Assembly: GCA_963662465.1 (NCBI GenBank)
Contig: OY759599.1
Coordinates: 992,001-1,056,000 of the forward strand
Length of the DNA: 64,000 bases
Direction of reading: 5' to 3'
Source of the DNA: Desulfatiglandales bacterium
Lineage (GTDB): Bacteria; Desulfobacterota; DSM-4660; Desulfatiglandales; Desulfatiglandaceae
Shown: positions 40,501 through 46,658 of the stretch, one piece after another
Position numbering within the stretch: position 1 is the first letter of the stretch
How the letters are laid out: each line of letters begins with the position of its first letter
Program-made: the position numbers and the translations under genes
The notes under the pieces: generated by a model
What the model was told of the DNA's origin: nothing
Database searches by the model: none
The model's input: only the letters and a program-made list of their open reading frames with translations

Positions 40501-41760
40501 CATCCCGCGGTGAGGCAGTGCATCGTGACCGCGCGGGGGAAAGACGCGGATAAGGCCGTGTGTGCTTATTTTACGCGGAGGCCTCGGGTAAGCGACAATT
40601 TTCGGGCGGACCCGGTGGGTGAGTTGAGAACGTTTCTGGCATCCAAGCTTTCCGATTACATGGTTCCGGCCTTTTTTATGGAACTGGATGAGATGCCTTT
40701 AAACACCAGCGGCAAGATCGACCGGAAACGGCTTCCCCCTCCGAAAGCCGACCTTGTTATCTCCGGAGAGCATGTGGCGCCGCGCTCGGAAACAGAGAAA
40801 AAAATTGCGGCCATCTGGCGGGAGATCGTGCGACTGGACAGAATCGGGGTCAAGGACGGTTTTTTTGCCGTTGGCGGAAATTCTCTCAATGCCGCACGGC
40901 TGGCGGCCCAGCTCGGCAGAGCCTTTCTTCGGCCCGTCCCGGTGGTGACGATTTTTCAGAAGCAGACCATCGAAGAACAAGCGGCTGAAATCGCGCGGTT
41001 GCTGGTAACGCCGGCGGAGGACCTGGTTTATCTTCGGAACCCGGAATCCTTCACCGGAACCCTGGTATTGTTTCCCCCGGGGTTTGCCGGGGCGGAGGTC
41101 TATTTTCAACTGATGGAAAAGTTGCATCCCGATATTCGGGTCATCGGGTTCAACAATCACTTCCTGAACAATCCCGCCGCCGATTCCGACGACGTGGCGG
41201 TTATCTTGAAGCGGTATATGGACCGCCTTCGATCCGAATTCGTGTGGGATGACGGGAAACCCGTTTGCCTGGGAGGCTGGTCCGTCGGGGGGAATACCAT
41301 TGTCTCCATGTTGAACCTGCTTGGAGGGTGCCCTGTCAAGCAACTGTTCCTGTTTGATGCCATCCTTTTTGAAGAAGGCGTGATGACATTCAGCAACAGC
41401 AGTCGCGAAGCCGGCTTAGACGACCCGGAGAACCACTTCCTGGCCGGTCTCAAAGAAGCCGGACTTTCCCGTGAAAGGATCGAATCCATCGTAAATCGGG
41501 TGGAAACATTTGCAACGTCCCTGGATTACCGGAAACAATCCACCCCCGCCGTCCTGTTCAAAGCCGGGTTGGAGGATTTGGGCGTCAGCGTCACGGATGC
41601 ATACTCCGGGTGGCGGAAATACTTGAGCCGGCTGGAGAAAATCGATATTGAAACGGTAAATCACTTTACCATTTTGAGCCGACCGGATTCCCTGGATATG
41701 ATCGCTCAGGAGATCAATCATGCATTTTGCAGAAGGGAGGGCAGTCTGGATATGGCATAA
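31534..41760 (+). CDS. Trimodular NRPS A(MT)-T-C-A-T-C-A-T-TE
   Basis: Three YTSGSTG.PKG A domains; EIGCGSG methyltransferase inserted in A1; carrier motifs GGNSL/GGHSL/GGNSL; C motifs HHVILDG and HHIISDG; TE GWSVGG. Confidence 0.97.
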   Translation: MEKKLPPAEIEKMVSDWNRTSAYYPRDKTYVELFEEQAVKTPGQMAVSYRDQALCYRELNERANQLAHVIREKYRMLWGEEVQGDTLIGLYVDRSANMIVGMLGIMKAGGAYVPFDSADPVERLRFKINDCGCRMVLTSTEKVKDLLFLTETETLPLSLDGGYRTEIEKADTDNPVYINKPTDLAYVIYTSGSTGRPKGVMIEHRTLINLVYANRKLLRIDPETRVLQFASPAFDASVWEIFPALAFGAPLFIVDDATRKSSEALSGYLRDNRVSLATLPPAYLPLMPEMDLPHLKTLIVAGDVCGPHLFELWGKNRRMINAYGPTESTVCATLHEFESGDSHVNIGGPIPNVKVYILDGSLRPVPVGTEGELYIGGECLARGYFNRPELTAERFIPNPFAGGEDKANSRLYKTGDLALWLPRGEIEFVGRNDFQVKIRGFRIELGEIENRLTKFPKIEQCVVTLHETTGNKDLCAYYVQKIPEADSDREGMGVAEWEKLYEDVYMREDSNEINTFDIEGWNSAFTGKPIPENEMREWVDTTVERIFEYQPERIFEIGCGSGLLMYPLLPFCTHYTGIDFSNEVIGRHQAAFQKLGIQNAAVATARADGIRQSGIIHPGEADTVIINSVIQYFPNVAYLESVIEDSLDLVESGRIFIGDVKDYRLIAEFHWTLIEHQMARRGTVAFGDELQNAVAASMKNEKELLVAPEYFIELCRKYPKITGIELLPKRGRSLHEMNCYRYDVVLKVNAPGEKLDLPWRDIADLKREIAGDCECFAIADYPNVRVLDVCGSPAALRKTGDASASKEADDAGTKYLGVEDLHVLAGKNGYALYVALSAAKAAYDLVFFRAPVTRAAVANALSERFLSRTTDPGIERYNVPATVSQDRISPVKLRNFLAEDLPDYMIPAFFVELESMPLNTSGKIDLKALPHPGSALSAGDEYVPARNETEKLISGIWCDLLGLPRIGVKDSFFNVGGNSLKVIQLSMKITAKTGKTLSARTIFINDTVEKQARILDEMETKRVDGIGRAEGKDDYPIINAQARMVLVSRIDPENTAYNVPLFYKTKDRIDPNRLRRALNEIVRTQESLRTFFIEKDDDIRQKIIDHADFEIALEERTIPASAVDATLTDFVRPFILDRAPLWRVGLFRVENEACNYLLFDFHHVILDGLSVGLFLRYLQDAYKGLELPEPAAQSKDYAAFQIKFRDSETYRQQAAYWKAEFAGEVPLLELPTDKPRPLEKSYRGSGLSVEVPTPVREGLKKLERETGATPFMIMFSVFNILLKKYTGQNDLVVGVPSFGRKHEDILFTIGMFVGTLPIRSQIPEAATALDYILALKQKVVDAVSNEDYPLEELVASLDMDRQSGRNPLFDVMFALWEGSDLTLDLNGLTLTKVREEIRTEKFDLTAYVFEDDDRSEVFFTYATDLFDRRTIERFSRHYLNILSTVVADPNVEIDRIGILSPSEYFRIMKEWNRTEAPYPGKTLHELFEEQVRRTPEKTALVFVGEKMTYRELDHRANRVAHSIRRAYRKRFERELPDDEMIGICIDRSFEMIIGVLAILKAGSGYVPLDMADPAERMTFKVEDCGCRVVLTVSGLEDKFHFFTDRGNVLIPMDKIGDPWEKTVVVRPEAGSTAENLAYAIYTSGSTGKPKGIILEHKTITNLVSFQINQTHIPFDGRVLQYTNLTFDVSLQEIFTTLLAGGTLHLIRKELRRDIGGLLDHMRENEIEVLFCPPALLNLIFTTPELENNFPRSVKHIIAAGEQLIVNKGLKRFLRENRAFLHNHYGPSETHVVTALTIGPDDPHIPDVPSIGKPISNTCAYILDPGMMPVPVGVPGELYLGGAGLARGYLRRPELTAERFIENPFADHADLKTKRKPRLYKTGDLVKWLHDGNIVFLGRNDFQVKIRGFRVELGEIESRLNDHPGIAQCIVTATEKDHVNSICAYYTINPAAGGNRPTRAELREYLDDLLPDYMVPAFLIPLDEMPLNANGKINRKALPPPDRAPMADTYVPPASETEKCLAEIWGEVLKIDQIGINDNFFDLGGHSLNATLVVSRIHKRLHVDCTIRALFDCKTISKLAAHIDSKQSEGVTPGIEVDKIDRTKPLPLSSAQERLWFLDRYQGGNSAHYNMPIAFRVKGPLDVPALEKAFNLMIGRHESLRTVFRETENGEPYQEILPKGMETEISLRVEAAAESALPEILTHEAHYGFDLANEQLFRVRLWRITGTGDHILLINQHHIISDGWSIGILCAELAEWYGHISNGHAVERVAPEYQYADYALWQKKHLESEGVRKGLQYWKGRLSGVEDLNLPTDRHRPPVFSHRGSHLKFSLDTGLTKRLRAFAGETDATLYMTLLCGFYILLSRYTHQDDLVIGTPVANRHHAQFEDIMGFFVNTLALRINGKDLSVRKLAEQVRKTSLAAFQHQDVPLDKILDELEIERDQSKNPLFQTLFALQNASEVGNLPLPGLNVCPVDIDCGVSKLDLSLMMMESGDRMTGFLEFCTDLFNPSTMERFIRHFQVILFELTKHAERKISELKMLPVEAYDRMIYLWNDTDVDYGDDVTIQALFEKVAAENPDSTAVVFEGDRLSYRELNERANQVARIIREKYRAVWNEDITGDTLIGLYMERGIDMITGILGILKAGAAYVPFDPVDSEDRLKFKIDDCECRMVLTCSSYSRELLFLAERDMLPLSLDAYRGEMEKAPKTNLPLMNKPTDLAYVIYTSGSTGRPKGVMIEHRTCTQMMLTQKKRCRVMEFSDALLFASISFDASVLEIFTALASGKALHIASEEVRRNPEALVELIQKNRIAVGTLPPAVLEVMPKTALSELKVLITAGDVCEPEVMNQWAHNRMLINGYGPTENTVCCTLHDFQPGDLNTNIGKPVENVKVYVLDSGLQPVPVGVFGELHIGGHNLARGYFKRPDLTAERFIPNPFASAEDRKNGENLRLYKTGDLVRFMDNGEIEFAGRNDFQVKIRGYRIELGEIEKRLAEHPAVRQCIVTARGKDADKAVCAYFTRRPRVSDNFRADPVGELRTFLASKLSDYMVPAFFMELDEMPLNTSGKIDRKRLPPPKADLVISGEHVAPRSETEKKIAAIWREIVRLDRIGVKDGFFAVGGNSLNAARLAAQLGRAFLRPVPVVTIFQKQTIEEQAAEIARLLVTPAEDLVYLRNPESFTGTLVLFPPGFAGAEVYFQLMEKLHPDIRVIGFNNHFLNNPAADSDDVAVILKRYMDRLRSEFVWDDGKPVCLGGWSVGGNTIVSMLNLLGGCPVKQLFLFDAILFEEGVMTFSNSSREAGLDDPENHFLAGLKEAGLSRERIESIVNRVETFATSLDYRKQSTPAVLFKAGLEDLGVSVTDAYSGWRKYLSRLEKIDIETVNHFTILSRPDSLDMIAQEINHAFCRREGSLDMA
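41621..41728 (+). repeat. 108-bp direct repeat (NRPS 3' end), copy 1
   Basis: Matches 43381-43488 with 7 mismatches by my count. Confidence 0.92.
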
Positions 41761-43034
41761 AGCGGCAGATTGATGATTTTGCCGTCTTGCTTGAAATTCA
41801 GGAGATTGGTCCGAAGCAAACGGTCCGGCCGAAACTGGGCGTCATAAGAGCGTAAACTTTTGCTCCTCGGATTGATACCGGCTTTAACCTCCAGGGGATA
41901 GATCCTGCCCGATAATTCGCAAAGAAAATCGAGCTCGCCTTTCCCGCCCCGGCTTCGCCAATAATAGAGCGGGTCGCGCAAATGGGCAACCATCTGTTGC
42001 GCCACATAGTTTTCCACAAAGGCTCCCTCGTATTCATTGAAAAGCCGTTTGCCGCGCACCAAAAGATCGATCGGTGCAGCAGCCATGGCGCCCAGCAACC
42101 CCACATCCAGGGCATAAATCTTGAAACAACTCCGGTCCGTATAATGGGACAGGGGATGTTTCGCGGTTTGCACAGCCTCCGCCCGGTAGATCAAATCGCA
42201 ATCCCTCAGCCAGGTCAGAGCGTTTTCAAATTCCCGCCCGCGAGCCCCCTTTTTGACGGCTGAAAAGACAAACTTTTTATTTTCCTTTGCAAGATGCCTG
42301 GGAATGGACTCCCAGATGAGGGTCAACTTGGGAATATCCGCCGCCGGTGCATGTTTTGCGAAATCGAAAACATAGGATCTAATGATCTCCGCTTGAATAT
42401 CCCGGACCGCCACTCCGCTGCGGTTTTCCGAGAACTGTTTCACGGCTTCCGGCATGCCTCCGACAAAATAGTACCGGCGAAGCAAGTCGATCAAATGGGT
42501 GTGAAACGCCTCGGTAACCGGCTCGATATTTTCAACTTGCTCAACCAGCATCCTGTACCTGGACTCTCCCATGGCATCCAGAAATTCCATAAAAGACATG
42601 GGGTAAAGGTAAAGGAAATTGACTTTCCCTACCGGAAAAGACCCTGGGCCTGCCAGCTTCACACCCAGGAGAGAACCGGCACCCGCCACATGAATCCCGT
42701 TTTTCTGTTCCTGAAAGTACTTCAGCGAAGCAAGGGCCCGGCCGCATGCCTGTATTTCGTCAAAAACCAGAAGATCCGACCCCGGTTCAATAAGGCAATT
42801 CAGATAGATGGAGAGTTCCGGTACGATTCGGTCCGGATTCAAATCCCGCTTGAAAAACTCCCCCAAAGAGGGATCCTCTTCAAAGTTGCAGTAGACGGTG
42901 TTCCTGTATTCATTGCGGCCGAATTCCTTCAGGATAAAGGTCTTTCCCGTTTGTCTGGCCCCTTGAAGCAGGACCGGTTTTCGTCTGGAAGAAGATTTCC
43001 AGCTCAGCAATTGCGCATAGATGTCTCTTTTCAT
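41718..43034 (-). CDS. AAA_14 + DUF4143 ATP-binding protein
   Basis: GARQTGKT, LVFDEIQ, YYFVGGMPEAV, K.Y..DVGLL, FVENYV, ELDF…PLEVKAG. Confidence 0.93.
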   Translation of the reverse strand: MKRDIYAQLLSWKSSSRRKPVLLQGARQTGKTFILKEFGRNEYRNTVYCNFEEDPSLGEFFKRDLNPDRIVPELSIYLNCLIEPGSDLLVFDEIQACGRALASLKYFQEQKNGIHVAGAGSLLGVKLAGPGSFPVGKVNFLYLYPMSFMEFLDAMGESRYRMLVEQVENIEPVTEAFHTHLIDLLRRYYFVGGMPEAVKQFSENRSGVAVRDIQAEIIRSYVFDFAKHAPAADIPKLTLIWESIPRHLAKENKKFVFSAVKKGARGREFENALTWLRDCDLIYRAEAVQTAKHPLSHYTDRSCFKIYALDVGLLGAMAAAPIDLLVRGKRLFNEYEGAFVENYVAQQMVAHLRDPLYYWRSRGGKGELDFLCELSGRIYPLEVKAGINPRSKSLRSYDAQFRPDRLLRTNLLNFKQDGKIINLPLYAISRLPSLLQNA

Positions 43035-43380
43035 AATGTCCGATACTGACAAAAATGGAATCAGACGTCAAGACATTCCGGCAAATTATGTGAAAAAGAA
43101 CACATAATTGGGATGTAAAACGTGATCAGGAACACAAAAAACAGCCAATATTCGCATATTGCGCACTGGGGGCAAAAAGGGCAATTTAGCGTCGAAAACA
43201 TCTAACTCGATTTTTAACATAAAGATATCAATTGGTTAATATTTTCAACCCATAGAGGGTACATCGGCTGTCACTTGACACAATGGCTATTCCAAGCTAG
43301 GATGCAACCATAAATCAGAAGATCAACTTCCAGTCCAAACCCGAAATACTTCATTTTCCGCTCGCAACTCCAAACTCGAA

Positions 43381-43488
43381 ACTTGAGCTGGCTGGAGAAA
43401 ATCGATATTGAAACGGTAAATCACGATACCATTTTGAGCAGCCCGGACTCCCTGGATATGATCGCTCAGGAGCTCAATCATGCATTTT
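43381..43488 (+). repeat. 108-bp direct repeat (NRPS 3' end), copy 2
   Basis: Encodes …DMIAQELNHAFS* and contains the first ATG of the following kinase ORF. Confidence 0.92.
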
Positions 43489-43926
43489 CCTGATTTGCAG
43501 AATTTATCATCCATGAAACAGAAACGTTTCCCCGCGGAGGCATCCCGCCTCAGGGAGATGATTCAGTTCATCAAGAAAGAATTATTGAGACTGGGGGTCC
43601 GGGACGATATCGGAAAACAGGTGCAGGTCATCGCGGAAGAAATCATTACAAACATTATCAACCACGGTTACGGCGGACAAAATGGCCTGAAGTCAGAGCA
43701 AACCATCCTGATCACCATCGCCCTCGATGAACAGAAACAGTTGCACCTGGAATTTATGGACCAGGGGAAGCATTTCAATATCACCGAGATGCGCGCGGAA
43801 CCGATGACGGAACCCCGGATCGGCGGATTGGGCGTATTTCTCATTCAGCGCCTGGCCGATGAATTATCTTATCGAAGGGAAAACGAAAACAATGTCCTCC
43901 AGGTGGTATTGAGAGATGTTCTCTAG
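43480..43926 (+). CDS. RsbW-like anti-sigma Ser/Thr kinase (HATPase_c_2)
   Basis: EEIITNIINHGY, DQGKHFN, GGLGVFLI; alternative start at 43513. Confidence 0.9.
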   Translation: MHFPDLQNLSSMKQKRFPAEASRLREMIQFIKKELLRLGVRDDIGKQVQVIAEEIITNIINHGYGGQNGLKSEQTILITIALDEQKQLHLEFMDQGKHFNITEMRAEPMTEPRIGGLGVFLIQRLADELSYRRENENNVLQVVLRDVL

Positions 43927-46099
43927 CAAAATGAATTTCCAAAAGAAAATACTGCTGGCGCTGCTGGTCCTGATATCGGGTCTTTTTGTGGCCTACCTGG
44001 CGGTGAACCTGATCCTGAATAACAAACAGAAAAAGGCTGGCGAGGTTTTATATGGGGATTATACCGATTATCTCACCCGGACTCTGGAGGCCGACAACCT
44101 GGAAAATGAAGCGGTATTTCTTCGGACCATCGCTGATTACGGCGTGTCGATCCTGAAAGAACCCAAAAATGATGTGGTACACGCTCAAATAGAGCTGGGA
44201 AAGTTCCTGGCCAGGTTCCGGAACAGTGTCTTTCTGACCGAGGAAGGAAGATCGGAAATCACCAAACGATATCTGGTTTTCGGACAACAGGCCCAGGGAG
44301 ATTCGAATGCGGACCAATACATGGTTTGGAACATGGCCGATTCCGCTGATGACAGACCGGACATCATTAAGGACGCGTTGTTTTTCACCTTGAACAGCCT
44401 GAAAATTTTAAAGCAGTCCAACAGCAGAATGATCAAATCGGTTTTCATCTATGACTCCGATGCCGCCTGCGTTGTCTATCCCGCTGGAAACCGGCGGTCG
44501 GCGCCTTCCCCTGGTGAACTGTTCCAAAGGTTTGATCAGGGTGCTTCCGAAAGCCCGCGGGAACAGAGACTGGAATATCTGAACAGCAACGGCGACCTTG
44601 TTATGGGCACACGGTTTTTCAGTCAGGGGGAACCGCGCTATGACTTCATCATCGGCGCCGTCATTGATTACCGGTATCTGGAGGAAAATATTTGTGCCTA
44701 TGCCTGGAAATGCAATGTGGACGCAACGATCTTGATCGACAGCAGGGGCAAGGTCATTTCCTGCAACTATCGTACTGTCATTCCGGAACTAACAGGCATG
44801 GAGGGCCGTTATCTCTCCGTCGATCCCGAAGGAAAGCCTGATCTGGGAATCGTTGACCCGGATTTACTCGGCAAAAATACCGAAGGCTTTTTCTCATTCG
44901 TATTACGGGGCAAGGAATTCTATGCGGCTTTTGCCAGTTCGCCGCGTTCGAACTGGAAGCTCTTGTTTGTTACGAGCACCGAAGAGGTTGATTCGCGTCT
45001 CGCGGCCATAAAAAAGCGTCTCCAAAAAACCCATTCCCGCTACCTGAATTCCCTGGAAGAGATGATGTTTCACAACCAGCTGGTATTATTGGTTGTCTTG
45101 GGAATCGTTTTTGTTTTCTTTCTGGTCATGAGCCTCTCCATTTCCAGGCGGCTGACGCGGTCCCTGGCCATATTGAACAACGGTGTAGATAGAATCAGCA
45201 GCGGTGACCTCCGTCACCGAATACCCGTTTTGAAAACCGGGGACGAAATTGAAAAGCTGATTTCGGCTTTCAACACCATGGTGGACCGAATCAACCGCTA
45301 TATTCAAGACCTCGCGGAAAGCATTCGGGCCAGGCAGGCGGTGGAATCCGACATCAAAATCGCGGCGGAGATTCAAGCCTCCATGCTCCCCCATCAATTG
45401 GATCTCGAAAACGCCACCAATGAGATCGGCCTTGAAGTGGCATCCTCCTTGATGCCATCGAAGCACATCGCCGGTGATTTTTATGATTATTTTCTGATCG
45501 ACGATAACCGGTTGTTTTTCGCAATTGGTGATGTGTCCGGCAAAGGTGTTCCCGCATCGCTTTTCATGGTGATGATTAGGACCCTGTTAAAAAAGGACGT
45601 CCTTGATCAGAAGGCTCCGCTGATAGACATATTGTACAATCTCAACACCGCTATCGCCCGGGACAATTATTCCTGCACGTTTGTGACGCTCTTCTGCGGT
45701 ATTCTGGATTTGACGACGGGCCGGATCGATTATGTGATCGCCGGTCACGACATGCCGATCATTGTTCGTGCCCGGGAAAACCGGGTAGAGTGTCCCGCGT
45801 CGCCCCGGCAAAGTACCATTCTGGGCGCCGTGGAAGAGGGGGTGCGGCTGGCGGAGGGAGGATTCAACCTGGAAACCAGCGACATGTTGGTTCTCTATAC
45901 CGACGGCGTTACGGAAGCCATGGACGAGAATAACAACCTGTGGGGACGGGATCGTCTGGTGGAAACCGTATCGGAGCATGCCACTGTTTCCGCCGAAAAC
46001 CTGATGGAGGTTATCAAAACCGGGATTGATGCCCATGCAGGGAAATCCGCGGGGCAGCATGACGATATCACCATTCTGGTTTTGAAACGGACCCGTTAG
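43916..46099 (+). CDS. Membrane sensor PP2C/SpoIIE phosphatase (TM-periplasmic Cache-like-TM-HAMP-SpoIIE)
   Basis: Two TM helices, GDEIEKL..AFNTM HAMP, AGDFYD, IGDVSGKG, YTDGVTEA, DDIT. Confidence 0.93.
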   Translation: MFSSKMNFQKKILLALLVLISGLFVAYLAVNLILNNKQKKAGEVLYGDYTDYLTRTLEADNLENEAVFLRTIADYGVSILKEPKNDVVHAQIELGKFLARFRNSVFLTEEGRSEITKRYLVFGQQAQGDSNADQYMVWNMADSADDRPDIIKDALFFTLNSLKILKQSNSRMIKSVFIYDSDAACVVYPAGNRRSAPSPGELFQRFDQGASESPREQRLEYLNSNGDLVMGTRFFSQGEPRYDFIIGAVIDYRYLEENICAYAWKCNVDATILIDSRGKVISCNYRTVIPELTGMEGRYLSVDPEGKPDLGIVDPDLLGKNTEGFFSFVLRGKEFYAAFASSPRSNWKLLFVTSTEEVDSRLAAIKKRLQKTHSRYLNSLEEMMFHNQLVLLVVLGIVFVFFLVMSLSISRRLTRSLAILNNGVDRISSGDLRHRIPVLKTGDEIEKLISAFNTMVDRINRYIQDLAESIRARQAVESDIKIAAEIQASMLPHQLDLENATNEIGLEVASSLMPSKHIAGDFYDYFLIDDNRLFFAIGDVSGKGVPASLFMVMIRTLLKKDVLDQKAPLIDILYNLNTAIARDNYSCTFVTLFCGILDLTTGRIDYVIAGHDMPIIVRARENRVECPASPRQSTILGAVEEGVRLAEGGFNLETSDMLVLYTDGVTEAMDENNNLWGRDRLVETVSEHATVSAENLMEVIKTGIDAHAGKSAGQHDDITILVLKRTR

Positions 46100-46192
46100 A
46101 CGGCCTGTTTATGGAAACGGTTTTTTTGGGTGAGTCCTTAACATGGCACTGGGTTTCTCAGTGCGGGATAATAACTTGGAGGAAAATCTTAA

Positions 46193-46495
46193 ATGTCTTT
46201 TTCAATCAAGGAAGACGGTCGAAAAGTAGTCGTCGAAGTAACCGGTGAGTTTGACGCCATTCTGGCAAAAGAGGTTCAGAACGCACTGGAGAACTTGCGG
46301 GATCGGGAGATTGACGCGGTCGCGTTTGATTTTAAGAACACCACCCACATCGCCAGCTCCGGGCTTCGCGTGATCATTTTTGCCCGGGAGAGAATCAAGC
46401 CGGGAATACAGGTCTCTATCGTAGAGGCCCGGGATATCGTCCTGGATGTTATTAAGATGAGCGGCATCGATTCCTTCGTTACGCTGGTGGAATAG
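46193..46495 (+). CDS. STAS anti-anti-sigma factor (RsbV-like)
   Basis: 100 aa, HIASSGLRV phosphoacceptor motif; RBS GGAGG. Confidence 0.9.
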   Translation: MSFSIKEDGRKVVVEVTGEFDAILAKEVQNALENLRDREIDAVAFDFKNTTHIASSGLRVIIFARERIKPGIQVSIVEARDIVLDVIKMSGIDSFVTLVE

Positions 46496-46658
46496 CAGCT
46501 CGACGGCTGTCTCAGTATCATGGGATAAATATTTGAACAGGGACAGACACGATCTATTCCTGTTCTTCCTCTTTCTTTCATGCCGTAGGGCATTTGCGTC
46601 TGAGCCCTTTGAAGCCTGCTTCGCCGGGCCGTTTCCAGTGTTGGGATATCGTGCATCG

